Source: an uncultured Candidatus Saccharibacteria bacterium
GTDB taxonomy: Bacteria > Patescibacteriota > Minisyncoccia > Minisyncoccales > CAZKCU01
Length of the DNA stretch: 64,000 nt
Assembly: GCA_964551595.1 (NCBI GenBank)
Contig: CAZKCU010000001.1
Location: forward strand, 197,321-261,320
Direction: 5' to 3'
Within the stretch, counting starts at the first letter, position 1. Each line of letters begins with the position of its first letter. The translations under genes and the position numbers were made by a program. The notes beneath the pieces are model-generated. The model saw only the letters and a program-made list of their open reading frames with translations, was not told the origin of the DNA and did no database searches. This document shows, piece after piece, positions 44,421-54,905 of the stretch.

Positions 44421-45356
44421 ATGAATTGCAAAAAGTTTATTGATGAGAAAATTAAAGAGATTAGAAAAATTGTTGGCAGAAGAAAAGTTATTAGTGTTTT
44501 ATCAGGAGGAGTAGATAGTTCAACGGTAACTATTTTGGGCTATCGGGCCATAGGAAGTCAATTAAAAACTATCTCTGTGGATAATGGTTTAATGAGAGAG
44601 AATGAGCCAGAGAATATTGTTAAAACTTTTAAAAAACTGGGGATAAAAGTTAAAGTGGTAAATGCTAAAAAAGAATTCTTTAAATCCCTAAGACATAAAG
44701 TTGACCCGGAAGAAAAAAGAAAAGCAATTACAGCTGTTTTTTATGGAGATGTTTTTAAGAAAATTATAAAAGAAAGTAAAATCAAATTTTTATTACAAGG
44801 GACAATTTTAACCGACATCAAAGAAGCTGTTGCCGGCATTAAAAGACAACATAATGTTTTAGCTCAAGTTGGTATTAATCCTGAAAAAGAATATGGATAC
44901 CAGGTTGTTGAACCCTTAAGCAAACTCCGAAAAGATGAAGTAAGAAAAGTGGCTAAACTCCTTGGGTTGCCAAAAACAATTTTTCAAGGAATTCCCTTTC
45001 CTGGCCCAGCTTTAGCTGCCAGAATAATTGGCGAAGTAACGCCAGAAAAAGTTGAGATTGTCAGAAAAGCAACTAGTATTATTGAGAAAGAATTAAAAAA
45101 TTCAGGTGCCTTTCAATATTTTCCGGTTTTAATGGAAGATAAAGCAACCGGGATGAGAAATAACAAAAGAGAGTTTGGTAATATTATAATAATTAGATGT
45201 GTTGAAAGTGTTGATGCCAGGGTAGCTGTTCCGACCAGAGTTCCTTGGAAGATTTTGGAGAAAATTACAAAAAAAATAATAAATGAAATACCCAAAATAA
45301 CTCGAGTCTGTTACGATATAACCCCAAAACCACCAGCTACAATAGAATATATTTAA
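44421..45356 (+). CDS. guaA: GMP synthase ATP-pyrophosphatase subunit (GuaA subunit B, stand-alone)
   Basis: PP-loop SGGVDSS; C-terminal KPPATIEYI dimerisation tail characteristic of GMP synthase. Confidence 0.7.
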   Translation: MNCKKFIDEKIKEIRKIVGRRKVISVLSGGVDSSTVTILGYRAIGSQLKTISVDNGLMRENEPENIVKTFKKLGIKVKVVNAKKEFFKSLRHKVDPEEKRKAITAVFYGDVFKKIIKESKIKFLLQGTILTDIKEAVAGIKRQHNVLAQVGINPEKEYGYQVVEPLSKLRKDEVRKVAKLLGLPKTIFQGIPFPGPALAARIIGEVTPEKVEIVRKATSIIEKELKNSGAFQYFPVLMEDKATGMRNNKREFGNIIIIRCVESVDARVAVPTRVPWKILEKITKKIINEIPKITRVCYDITPKPPATIEYI

Positions 45357-45394
45357 AATTTATTTTAAAATCACCTAAAAATTTGCCTTAAGAG

Positions 45395-45422
45395 GCGTTT
45401 TAAACAAAACGCTATTTTTTTT
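45395..45422 (+). terminator. rho-independent terminator after guaA (gcgtttt-aaacaa-aaacgc + T9)
   Basis: 7-bp stem followed by ttttttttt. Confidence 0.65.
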
Positions 45423-45427
45423 GGTAA

Positions 45428-45488
45428 ACCCCGTTAGAGATTCTCTCTTCTCGTGCTTCTTCCCCGGCTCCGTAATCTCTAACGGGGT
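45428..45488 (+). promoter_or_regulatory. 15-bp perfect inverted repeat (accccgttagagatt ... aatctctaacggggt) with 31-nt loop in leuS leader
   Basis: seen directly; 47 nt upstream of leuS ATG. Confidence 0.4.
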
Positions 45489-45534
45489 AAAATAGACAAA
45501 ACAGAAAAGATAAGTTAAAATTTAAGAAGCGAAA

Positions 45535-48051
45535 ATGAAATATAATCCCCAAAAAATAGAACGAAAATGGCAAATATTTTGGGAGAAAATAGGAATTTTT
45601 GAAGCGAAAGATTTTTCTAAAAAGGCAAAGAGCTATATTTTAGTTGAGTTTCCTTATCCATCTGGCGAAGGGCTTCATGTTGGGCATTGCCGACCTTATA
45701 TTGCCTTGGATATAGTCAGCCGCAAAAGAAGAATGGAGGGTTTTAATGTTTTGTTTCCTATGGGCTGGGATGCTTTTGGATTGCCGACCGAAAACTATGC
45801 TATTAAAACCGGGATTTATCCCCGAGAAGCTACCAGGAAAAACATCTCTTTTTTTAAGGATCAGCAAAAAAGTATAGGTCTGTCTTTTGATTGGAGCCGC
45901 GAAATTAACACTACTGATCCGGCCTACTATAAATGGACTCAATGGATATTTTTGCAGCTTTTTAAAAAAGGCTTAGCTTATAAAAGCAAAATGCCAATTA
46001 ACTGGTGCCCGGCTTGTAAAATTGGCCTGGCTAATGAGGAAGTGGTTGATGGAAAATGCGAAAGATGCGGGGAAAAAGTTGAGAGAAGAGAAAAAGAACA
46101 GTGGATGCTGAAAATAACTAGGTATGCTGAAAGACTAATTCAGGATTTAGACAAAGTTGATTACCCGGAGAAAGTTAAGATTCTCCAGAAAGATTGGATA
46201 GGGAAATCAGAAGGCTGGGAAATAACTTTTAAGATTAAAGATTCAAGTTCAAAGATTCAAGTATTCACTACTCGGGCAGACACTCTTTTTGGAGCTACTT
46301 ATTTGGTGGTAGCTCCTGAGCATCCAATAATTCAAAATCTGAAATCTAAAATCCTAAATCTTAAATCTGTAGAGAAATATATTGAAGAATCCAAGAAAAA
46401 GATTGAGAGAGAAAGAATTAGTGAAATTAAAGAGAAAACTGGAATAGAAGTTAAAGGAATAAAAGCAGTCAACCCGGTCAAGTTGAGACAAATCCCCATT
46501 TTTTTAGCAGATTATGTTTTGATGCACTATGGCACCGGGGCAATTATGGCTGTGCCAACTCACGACCAAAGAGATTTTGATTTCGCCAGACAATATAATT
46601 TACCGATGATTGAGGTGATTAAACCTTTTAAAGAAAAAAAAGAATTACCAAAAGAAGTCGGAATAGTGGTTTCCAACGGTAGATTTAAAAAAGCTTATGA
46701 AGGTGAAGGATATTTGATTAATTCTGGAAGATTTAATGGAATAGGCTCAGAAATTGCCAAAGAAAGAATTGGTGAGTGGTTAGCAAGAAAAAGTTTAGCA
46801 AAAAAAACCGTCCATTATAAATTAAGAGATTGGATTTTTTCTCGGCAACGTTATTGGGGAGAGCCAATTCCAATGATAAAGTGTGAGAGATGTGGTTGGT
46901 TGGCAGTTTCAGAAAAAGATTTACCGGTTAAACTTCCTCGAGTTAAAAAATATCAACCGACTGAAACTGGCGAATCCCCATTGGCAGCGGTTAAAAATTG
47001 GGTAAATGTCAAATGCCCTAAATGCGGCGGTCCTGCCAGAAGAGAAACCGATGTTATGCCAAACTGGGCTGGTTCTAATTGGTATTTTCTTCGCTATTGT
47101 GATCCCCAAAATGATAAAAAATTAGCCAATCCAAAATTACTTAAATATTGGATGCCAGTAGGCTGGTATAATGGAGGCATGGAGCATACTACTTTGCATC
47201 TTTTGTATTCTCGTTTTATCTATAAATTTTTATGGGACATTGGGGCTGTGCCAAAATCTGTTGGCTCTGAACCATATAAGAAACGAACTTCTCATGGTAT
47301 GGTTCTTGGCGAGGGAGGAATTAAAATGTCAAAATCCAAAGGTAATGTCATTAACCCCGATAATGTTGTTAAAAGTTACGGAGCTGACACAATGAGAGTT
47401 TATGAAATGTTTATGGGACCTTTTGAGCAAATGATTTCCTGGGACAGCAAAGGAGTAAGGGGAGTAAGGAGATTTCTGGGAAAAGTTTGGGAACTTTTTG
47501 AAAAATCCCAAATCCCAAATCCTAAATCCCAATCAAATCCCAAATCTCAATTTCCAAATCCAAAACTTAAAAAACTTTTACATAAGACTATTAAGAAAGT
47601 ATCAGAGGATATTGAACATTTAAAGTTTAACACAGCGGTAAGCTCTTTAATGAAATTTTGTAATGCTTGGCAAGAAAATGTTCAGGGGCTGAAGAGAGAA
47701 GATTTTAAAAATTTCCTAAAGATTTTTTCTCCTTTTGCTCCTCATATGGCAGAAGAACTTTGGCGAAAATTAAAACCTAAAAAAGACCTTAAAGATTATG
47801 AGAAAAGAGATTCAATTTTCTCTCAGCCCTGGCCCAAATATGACTCAAAATTAATTGAAGAGGAAAAAATAACTTTAGTTATTCAGGTCAATGGTAAAGT
47901 TCGTGATAGAATAGAAGTAATGGCAGATATAAAAGAAGAAAAGGCCAGAGAGTTAGCTTTGGCCCAAGAAAAAATCAAAAAATGGATAGGAGGAAAAAAG
48001 ATAAAAAGAGTTATTTTTGTTCCCGGGAAACTTATAAATATAGTAATATAA
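45535..48051 (+). CDS. leuS: leucyl-tRNA synthetase
   Basis: 838 aa; HVGH and KMSKS motifs, CP1 editing domain; two in-frame short tandem repeat insertions (46334-46378, 47503-47570). Confidence 0.9.
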   Translation: MKYNPQKIERKWQIFWEKIGIFEAKDFSKKAKSYILVEFPYPSGEGLHVGHCRPYIALDIVSRKRRMEGFNVLFPMGWDAFGLPTENYAIKTGIYPREATRKNISFFKDQQKSIGLSFDWSREINTTDPAYYKWTQWIFLQLFKKGLAYKSKMPINWCPACKIGLANEEVVDGKCERCGEKVERREKEQWMLKITRYAERLIQDLDKVDYPEKVKILQKDWIGKSEGWEITFKIKDSSSKIQVFTTRADTLFGATYLVVAPEHPIIQNLKSKILNLKSVEKYIEESKKKIERERISEIKEKTGIEVKGIKAVNPVKLRQIPIFLADYVLMHYGTGAIMAVPTHDQRDFDFARQYNLPMIEVIKPFKEKKELPKEVGIVVSNGRFKKAYEGEGYLINSGRFNGIGSEIAKERIGEWLARKSLAKKTVHYKLRDWIFSRQRYWGEPIPMIKCERCGWLAVSEKDLPVKLPRVKKYQPTETGESPLAAVKNWVNVKCPKCGGPARRETDVMPNWAGSNWYFLRYCDPQNDKKLANPKLLKYWMPVGWYNGGMEHTTLHLLYSRFIYKFLWDIGAVPKSVGSEPYKKRTSHGMVLGEGGIKMSKSKGNVINPDNVVKSYGADTMRVYEMFMGPFEQMISWDSKGVRGVRRFLGKVWELFEKSQIPNPKSQSNPKSQFPNPKLKKLLHKTIKKVSEDIEHLKFNTAVSSLMKFCNAWQENVQGLKREDFKNFLKIFSPFAPHMAEELWRKLKPKKDLKDYEKRDSIFSQPWPKYDSKLIEEEKITLVIQVNGKVRDRIEVMADIKEEKARELALAQEKIKKWIGGKKIKRVIFVPGKLINIVI

Positions 48052-48060
48052 TTAAAAAAA

Positions 48061-49700
48061 TGGAGGAGATTTTATTACAAAAAGCTGGCAAAAAAATGAT
48101 ACTTTTGGGTAACGAAGCCATTTGTCGGGGTGCTTTGGAAGCAGGAGTTCAATTTGTTTCTACTTATCCTGGAACCCCGGCTTCAGAAATTGGAAATACC
48201 TTTTTTAAACTTTCTCAATCAGGAAAATATAAAGGTTATTTTGAGTTTTCTACCAATGAAAAAGTAGCTTTGGAAGCAGGAATTGGAGCTTCTTTTTCTG
48301 GTTTGAAAACTTTGGTGGCAATGAAAAACTTTGGCTTAAATGTCTGTTCAGATTCTTTACTTCCATTTTTATATACTGGTGCAAAAGGTCCGACTGTAAT
48401 TGTTGCTGCCGATGACCCTTCCTGCCACAGTTCAGCTCAATCTGAAGAAAATAGCCGAGCTTTTGCTTTTTTAGCCCATATCCCCGTTTTAGAACCTTCA
48501 GATCCTCAGGAATGCAAAGATTTTGTTAAGTTAGGTTTCAAAATTTCAGAAAAATTTCAAATTCCAGTAATGATAAGAACTACAACAAGAGTTGCTCACC
48601 AGCGAGCAATAGTAAAATTGGGAAAGATTACGAAACCCGGCAACGTAGTGGGAAAGTTTATTAAAGAGCCAAAGAGATTTGTTACCATGCCCCCGAGAGT
48701 ATTGGAGATGAAAAAAGAGCTGCTTAAAAAAATCAAACAAATCAGAAAATTTTCCGAAAAAACCCAAATAAATAAGATAAGTCTGTCAGTATCAGATACC
48801 GACAGACAGAAAATAGGAATAATTAGTTCAGGGGTTACCCATTTATATGTAATGGAGGCAGTAAAGGAACTAAAATTAAATTTGCCAGTTTTGAAGCTGG
48901 GATTTTTTTATCCTTTGCCAAAAGAGAAAATAAAGAATTTTATTAAAAATTTTAAAAAAGTTCTGATTGTTGAAGAATTAGAGCCGTATTTAGAAAGAGA
49001 AATAGAAAGATTAGCAAAAGATGTCAATCCGAAACTTCAAATTTTCGGCAAAGGTCTGGTTCCCGAAGTTGGCGAACTAAAACCCGAAATCGTTACCTTG
49101 GCCATCGTCAAGTTTGCTAATTGTAAATTGAAAATTGAAAATTGGAAATTCCAAATTCCAAAACGTTCTCCTCAGCTTTGTCCAGGTTGTCCTTATTGGT
49201 TAGTTTTTGGGGCAGTTAAAAAAGCAGTAGATCCCAAAAAGGTAATTTTTGGGGGAGACATTGGTTGTTATATGTTAGCAGGTCTCCCTCCTCACTTTAT
49301 CCAAGATTATCTCTCTTGTATGGGGTCATCTATAGGAATTGCCCACGGGATTAAAAAAGCGACTGGCCAAAAATTAATTACTTTTATTGGTGACTCAACT
49401 TTTTTTCATGCTGGTATCCCAGCTTTGATTAATACGGTTTTTAATAAATCCAATCCTTTAATTATCGTAATGAACAACCAAACCACTGCTATGACCGGAC
49501 ATCAGCCTCATCCCGGGGCGCCAGCCAAACCAGATGGAATAAAGATTGAAAATATTGTCAAAGCTTGCGGTGTAAAGAATTTAAAAGTAATTGACCCTAT
49601 CAAACAAAAAGAGTTTATTAATACAGTTAAAAAATTTTTAAATAAAAAAGAGGTTTCAGTAATTATAGCTCGTCGTCCATGCATCCAGATAAAAAAATGA
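48061..49700 (+). CDS. iorA: indolepyruvate/2-oxoacid:ferredoxin oxidoreductase alpha subunit (TPP-binding)
   Basis: GNEAICRGALEAG N-terminus, TPP motif GGDIGCYMLAG; start set to ATG 48061 rather than 47982, which overlaps leuS; carries palindromic element P2 in frame. Confidence 0.7.
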
Positions 49701-50281
49701 ACAAGAAAACAAACCAATTTAATATAGTTATAGTTGGTACTGGAGGCCAGGGTTTAATTACTCTTTTGAGAATTTTAGCTGAAGCTGCCTTATCTGAAGG
49801 CTATGATATAAAAACCTCTGAATTGCATGGTCTATCTCAGAGAGGAGGTTCAGTTGAGGTTCATATCAGATTTGGGAAAGAGGTTTTTTCTCCTTTAGTT
49901 TCACAAGGGAAAGCAGATTTGATTTTAGGTCTAGAAATGCAAGAAACTTTAAGGGCTTATTCCTTTGCCAATTCGGGAACCACTTTTTTACTTAACAAAA
50001 AGATTGTTTCTGTTTCTTTAGTAAAATCTTTATCTGAAAAAGAGATTTTAAAGCGCCTAAAAAAGATTAGCAAAAATATTATTTTAGTTCCGGCAGAAGA
50101 AATCTGCCAGGAAAAACTGGGAGTTAAAGTAGTCGCTGGAATTTATCTAATCAGTTTAACCTCCTTTAAAAATTTAATTCCAATTAAAGCAAATTCAATT
50201 TTAAAAGCAATTAATAAAATTATTCCGAAAAAATATCTGGAATTAAATAAAAAAACTTTTAAGCTCGCTAAAACTTATTAA
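49679..50281 (+). CDS. iorB: indolepyruvate oxidoreductase beta subunit / 2-oxoacid:ferredoxin oxidoreductase gamma-like subunit
   Basis: 200 aa; IVIVGTGGQG N-terminal motif; translationally coupled to iorA. Confidence 0.6.
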   Translation: MHPDKKMNKKTNQFNIVIVGTGGQGLITLLRILAEAALSEGYDIKTSELHGLSQRGGSVEVHIRFGKEVFSPLVSQGKADLILGLEMQETLRAYSFANSGTTFLLNKKIVSVSLVKSLSEKEILKRLKKISKNIILVPAEEICQEKLGVKVVAGIYLISLTSFKNLIPIKANSILKAINKIIPKKYLELNKKTFKLAKTY

Positions 50282-50297
50282 CTAACCCTTCTTTACT

Positions 50298-51554
50298 GTG
50301 ATAAAAAGATTACAGGCCCCGTACAACAACAAGTTGTATACGGGGCAGGCAGTAATTTTAGCCGCCGGAAAAGGCAAGAGATTTCAACCCCTTACCGAAA
50401 CCCGACCAAAACCTCTTTTAAAAGTTTTAAATAAAACTATTTTAGAATATAATTTGGACCAATTAAATGGTTTAGTAGGAGAGGTAGTTTTAGTCATTGG
50501 TTATCAAGGCGAGAAAATAAGAAACCTTATTGGAGAGCGTTACAAAAACCTAAAAATAAAATATGTTTTTCAAAAAGAGCAATTAGGAACGGGTAATGCG
50601 GCAAAAAAGGCTCTTTCTTTAATTGGAGATAAATTTTTACTTTTAAATGGCGATGATTTATACGATAGAGAGGATATTAAAAAATGCTTAAAAAAATATC
50701 CCTGTATTTTATTAGCTCGGGCAAAAAATCTTTCTAATTTCGGGATTGTTTCTTGTAAGGAAAGATTTGTTAAAAGTATAGTTGAAAAACCAAAAAAGCC
50801 GATAGATAAATTGGTAAATACCGGACTTTATTTTTTACCAAAACTAATTTTTAATTTCAAAATTAAAAAATCGTTGAGAGGTGAGTATGAATTCACCGAT
50901 TATTTAAGGGAATTTATAAAAAAAGAAAAATTATTTTTTGTTAAGGCAAAAAAATGGCACTTTCTTTCTTATCCCTGGGATTTATTTGAAGTTAATGAGC
51001 TTTTAATAAAGAGAGAAAAAGGAATTAGGGAAGGTAAAATTGAGAAAGAAACCCAACTAAAAGGAAAAGTAATAATTAAAAAAGGAACTTTAATTAAAAG
51101 CGGGAGTTATCTTGAAGGCCCTATCTATATTGGTAAGGGCTGTCAGGTCGGATCAAATTGTTATATAAGAGGACCTGTTAGTATTGGTTCAAATTGCCGA
51201 ATTGGCCAGGCGGTAGAAATAAAAAATTCAATCATAGGAGATAATGTTGAAATTTCTCATTTAAGTTATATTGGCGATTCAATAATTGGAGAAGATTGTA
51301 ACCTTGGGACAGGAACAATTATTGCCAATCTCCGATTCAACAAAAAAACAATTAAAGTAATAACTAATGAGAAATTAGTTGATACCAGGAGAGAAAAGTT
51401 CGGCTGCATTTTAGGAGATAACGTTAAAACTGGAATAAACGTCTCTATAATGCCAGGAGTATTAATTGGTTCTGATTGCTTAATTTATCCTAATTCTTTA
51501 GTAAAAAGAAATATTAAAGGTAAAGAGATTTTCTATGGAGGTATTAAAAGTTAA
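50298..51554 (+). CDS. bifunctional sugar-1-phosphate nucleotidyltransferase / hexapeptide-repeat acyltransferase (GlmU-like)
   Basis: N-terminal AVILAAGKGKRF NTP-transferase motif; C-terminal left-handed beta-helix hexapeptide repeats (IGKGCQVGSNCYIRGPVSIGSNCRIG...). Confidence 0.55.
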   Translation: MIKRLQAPYNNKLYTGQAVILAAGKGKRFQPLTETRPKPLLKVLNKTILEYNLDQLNGLVGEVVLVIGYQGEKIRNLIGERYKNLKIKYVFQKEQLGTGNAAKKALSLIGDKFLLLNGDDLYDREDIKKCLKKYPCILLARAKNLSNFGIVSCKERFVKSIVEKPKKPIDKLVNTGLYFLPKLIFNFKIKKSLRGEYEFTDYLREFIKKEKLFFVKAKKWHFLSYPWDLFEVNELLIKREKGIREGKIEKETQLKGKVIIKKGTLIKSGSYLEGPIYIGKGCQVGSNCYIRGPVSIGSNCRIGQAVEIKNSIIGDNVEISHLSYIGDSIIGEDCNLGTGTIIANLRFNKKTIKVITNEKLVDTRREKFGCILGDNVKTGINVSIMPGVLIGSDCLIYPNSLVKRNIKGKEIFYGGIKS

Positions 51555-52128
51555 TCAAAAAAATTTTAAAAAAACAATAAATAAAACTATAGAATCGATA
51601 AAAAAGGGCGAAGTAATAGCTTGCCCAACTGACACAGTTTATGGTTTAATAGCCGATGCGACAAACGAGAAGGCAGTAAAAAAGCTTTTTAAAATAAAAA
51701 AGAGATCAAGTCTCAAACCTGTCCCTATTTTTGTTAAAGATATGAAAATGGCGAAAAAGTCTGCCCATATCAACAAAAAACAAGAAGAATTTTTAAAAAA
51801 AGTTTGGCCGGGGAAAATAACAGTAGTTTTAAAAAGGAGAAAGAAAAAAATAAAATTATTTGGAGCAGCTCCAGATACAATTGCTCTCCGAATTCCAAAA
51901 TATAAATTAATTAATGAATTGCTTAAAAAACTAAACTGTCCCTTAACCGGCACCTCAGCTAACATTTCAGGGGAACCTGCTTCAACAAAAATAGGAGAAG
52001 TAACTTCTCAATTTGAAAAACAAAAAATCCAGCCTGATTTAATTTTAAATGCCGGAAACTTGCCAAAAAGCAAACCGTCAATAGTTTTAGATTTAACGAC
52101 TTCGCTACCTAAAATTTTAAGACCTTAA
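51535..52128 (+). CDS. tsaC: L-threonylcarbamoyladenylate synthase (TsaC/YrdC/Sua5 family)
   Basis: IACPTDTVYGLIADA and ALRIP motifs of YrdC fold. Confidence 0.7.
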   Translation: MEVLKVNQKNFKKTINKTIESIKKGEVIACPTDTVYGLIADATNEKAVKKLFKIKKRSSLKPVPIFVKDMKMAKKSAHINKKQEEFLKKVWPGKITVVLKRRKKKIKLFGAAPDTIALRIPKYKLINELLKKLNCPLTGTSANISGEPASTKIGEVTSQFEKQKIQPDLILNAGNLPKSKPSIVLDLTTSLPKILRP

Positions 52129-52134
52129 ACCTGC

Positions 52135-52722
52135 ATGAAACAAGCTTTAATCAGTGTTTATAATAAAACCGGCATAGCTGATTTTGCTAAAAAATTGATT
52201 AAATTGGACTGGAAAATAATTTCCACTGGCGGAACGGCCAAAGTTTTAAGAAAAGCAGGAATTAAAGTTATTCCAATTGAAAAAATCACCCAGAATCCCG
52301 AAACTTTTGATGGAAGAATGAAAACAATCTCTTTTCAGATTGGCGGAGCCATTCTTTATGACCGAAAAAATAAAAAACATTTAAAGGAAGCTAAAAAATT
52401 AGGAATTTTTCCAATTGATATGGTAGTTTGTAATCTTTATCCCTTTGAGAAGGTTATTATAAAGAAAAATTGCACCTTAAAAGAGGCGATAGAAAATATT
52501 GATATTGGAGGCCCTATGATGGTTCGAGCTGCAGCCAAAAATTACAAATACGTTACCGTAATAATCGACCCAAAAGATTATAAAAGAATTATTAAGATTC
52601 TGAGAATTAAAGGAAAAATTCCAGAAAAAACTCGATTGAAACTAGCCCAAAGAGTTTTTCAGAGAACAACTGAATATGATAAAAGCATAAATAAGTTTCT
52701 TAAAAATGTCTTTCAAAAATAA
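52135..52722 (+). CDS. purH: IMP cyclohydrolase domain protein (PurH N-terminal MGS-like domain, separate ORF)
   Basis: ALISVYNKTGIADFAKKL...STGGTAKVLRKAGIKV...FDGRMKTISFQIGGAILYDR. Confidence 0.7.
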   Translation: MKQALISVYNKTGIADFAKKLIKLDWKIISTGGTAKVLRKAGIKVIPIEKITQNPETFDGRMKTISFQIGGAILYDRKNKKHLKEAKKLGIFPIDMVVCNLYPFEKVIIKKNCTLKEAIENIDIGGPMMVRAAAKNYKYVTVIIDPKDYKRIIKILRIKGKIPEKTRLKLAQRVFQRTTEYDKSINKFLKNVFQK

Positions 52723-53674
52723 ATTTAAAATTGAGGGAATTAAAGTCTATAACGCTCGCTATGGTGAAAACCCTCATCAAAAAGGCGCTTTTTATCTTGA
52801 CCCCAAAGGCAAAGACCCTTTGTCTCCCCAAAAATTTAAAAAACTTCAGGGTAAAGAAATTTCTTTTAATAATCTTTTAGATATAAATGCTGCAATCAAT
52901 GTTTTGGCCGAGATAGGAAATGAAAGACCTACTTGCGTAATAATTAAACACGGTAACCCTTGTAGTGCAGCTTATGGGAAAAATGTCAAAGACGCTTTTT
53001 CCCGTGCTTGGAAGAAAGGAGATTCTTTAGCTGCTTTCGGTGGGATAATTGGAATTAATCGAGAAGTTGATGAAAGACTGGCGAAATTAATGATAAAAAA
53101 CTTTTTTGAGGTTCTTTTAGCCCCTAAAATTACAGAAAGAGCATTAAAAATTTTTTCTCGAAAACCGAATTTAATAATTTCAGTTAGCCGGGCTTTAAAA
53201 AATCTCCAACCTTCAAAAGAAACTGATTTCAAGAAAATCAGAGGAGGATTTTTAGTCCAAGAGCCGGATTTAAAAGAAATTAAAGAAAAAGATTTAAAAA
53301 TAGCAACAAAAGTTAAACCAACTAAAAAACAAATAAGAGACCTTCTTTTTGCCTGGAAAATTTGTAAACTTTCCAAGTCAAATGCTATAGTCTTAGTAAA
53401 GGATGAAACTTTAATTTCTTCGGGAGTTGGCCAGCAAGATAGAAAAAAATGTTGTGAGTTGGCAATAAGTAAAGCGAGAAAAAGGGCTAAAAATACAGTT
53501 GCGGCTTCCGACGGGTTTTTCCCATTTCCCGACGGCCCAGAAATTTTAATCAAAGCCGAGGTAAAAGCAATTATTCAACCTGGCGGCTCGATTCGAGAAG
53601 ACGAGATTATCAAACTTTGCAATAAATACAAAATTCCAATGGTTTTTACAAAAATTCGATGTTTTAAACACTAA
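52706..53674 (+). CDS. purH: AICAR transformylase domain protein (PurH C-terminal domain, separate ORF)
   Basis: 322 aa; own ATG overlapping the 3' end of the cyclohydrolase ORF in a different frame. Confidence 0.7.
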   Translation: MSFKNKFKIEGIKVYNARYGENPHQKGAFYLDPKGKDPLSPQKFKKLQGKEISFNNLLDINAAINVLAEIGNERPTCVIIKHGNPCSAAYGKNVKDAFSRAWKKGDSLAAFGGIIGINREVDERLAKLMIKNFFEVLLAPKITERALKIFSRKPNLIISVSRALKNLQPSKETDFKKIRGGFLVQEPDLKEIKEKDLKIATKVKPTKKQIRDLLFAWKICKLSKSNAIVLVKDETLISSGVGQQDRKKCCELAISKARKRAKNTVAASDGFFPFPDGPEILIKAEVKAIIQPGGSIREDEIIKLCNKYKIPMVFTKIRCFKH

Positions 53675-53675
53675 T

Positions 53676-54905
53676 ATGTTTATAAAAAAGACCGACCCTC
53701 AAATTACAAAACTTATCGAGAAAGAAAATAGACGTCAGGAAGGGACGCTCAATTTAATTGCTTCAGAAAATTATCCTTCAAAAGCTGTTAAAGAAGCTTT
53801 GAGTTCAATTTTTGTAGTGAAATATGCCGAAGGAAGGCCTTATAAAAGATATTACGGGGGAATGGAAAATATTGATAAACTGGAAACTTTAGTTGATGAA
53901 AGGGTGAGAAAAGTTTTTGGGTTATCAGTTAAAAAATGGGCAGTTAATGTTCAGCCTTATTCTGGAAGTCCGGCAAATTATGCAATTTTAAGAGGGCTTT
54001 TAAAAAAGGGTGAGAAAATAATGAGCTTACCCCTTTCTCACGGGGGCCATTTAACCCATGGAGCCCCAGTTTCTTTGTCCGGTCAAGATTTCAAAGTGGT
54101 CAATTATTTTTTAGGTAAAGATGGATTTTTAGATTACAGGGCAATTAGAAAATTAGCTAAAAGAGAAAAGCCAAAGCTTATTATTTGTGGCTTTACTGCC
54201 TATCCAAGGAAAATTGATTTTAAAAAATTTAGAGAAATTGCCTTAGATGTAGGCAGCTATCTTATGGCAGACATCTCCCATATCGCTGGTTTAATAGTAG
54301 GAGGAGTTCACCCTAGTCCTTTTCCTTTAGCTGATGTGGTAATGAGTACTACCCATAAGAGTTTAAGAGGACCTAGGGGAGCGATTATTATTTGTAAAAG
54401 AGAGTTGGAAAATAAAATTTTTCCAAAAGTTTTCCCGGGATTACAGGGCGGCCCTCATGAACACACAATTTGTGCCATTGGAGTGGCCTTGAAAGAAGCA
54501 ATGACTCCTGGTTTTAAAAAATATGCTCAACAAATTGTCAAAAATACTAAAACTTTAGCTCAGGAATTAAAGAAATATAATTTTAATTTAATTTCTGGGG
54601 GGACCGATAATCATTTAATTTTAATTGATTTAACTAATAAAAATATTACCGGCAAAAAGAGTCAAGAAATACTTGAGAAAGTTGAGATAGTGGTAAACAA
54701 AAACGCTATTCCTTATGATAGTAGGACTCCTTACGATCCCTCAGGAATTAGACTGGGAACTCCAGCTTTAACCACCAGGGGAATGAAAGAAAAAGAAATG
54801 AGAAAGATAGCTTTTTGGATTAATAAAGTTATTATCGACCCAGAATCCATCACCAAAATCAAAAAAGAAGTTAAAAAACTTTGTCAGAGATTTCCCATAC
54901 CATGA
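53676..54905 (+). CDS. glyA: serine hydroxymethyltransferase
   Basis: 409 aa; PLP-lysine region STTHKSLRGPRGA; stop overlaps folD ATG (ATGA). Confidence 0.9.
   Translation: MFIKKTDPQITKLIEKENRRQEGTLNLIASENYPSKAVKEALSSIFVVKYAEGRPYKRYYGGMENIDKLETLVDERVRKVFGLSVKKWAVNVQPYSGSPANYAILRGLLKKGEKIMSLPLSHGGHLTHGAPVSLSGQDFKVVNYFLGKDGFLDYRAIRKLAKREKPKLIICGFTAYPRKIDFKKFREIALDVGSYLMADISHIAGLIVGGVHPSPFPLADVVMSTTHKSLRGPRGAIIICKRELENKIFPKVFPGLQGGPHEHTICAIGVALKEAMTPGFKKYAQQIVKNTKTLAQELKKYNFNLISGGTDNHLILIDLTNKNITGKKSQEILEKVEIVVNKNAIPYDSRTPYDPSGIRLGTPALTTRGMKEKEMRKIAFWINKVIIDPESITKIKKEVKKLCQRFPIP

Noticed and set aside
33439-47570. Interpreting the AAATCCCAA-type tandem repeats as a CRISPR array or satellite
   Set aside because: The repeats are short (7-9 nt), contiguous without spacers, and confined to coding frames of essential genes with frame preserved. 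There are no cas genes in the window.
47982-48060. Upstream extension of iorA overlapping the end of leuS (track start 47982)
   Set aside because: The extension (MDRRKKDKKSYFCSRETYKYSNIIKK) is unconserved and overlaps leuS. The ATG at 48061 gives the conserved MEEILLQKAGKK...GNEAICRGA N-terminus.
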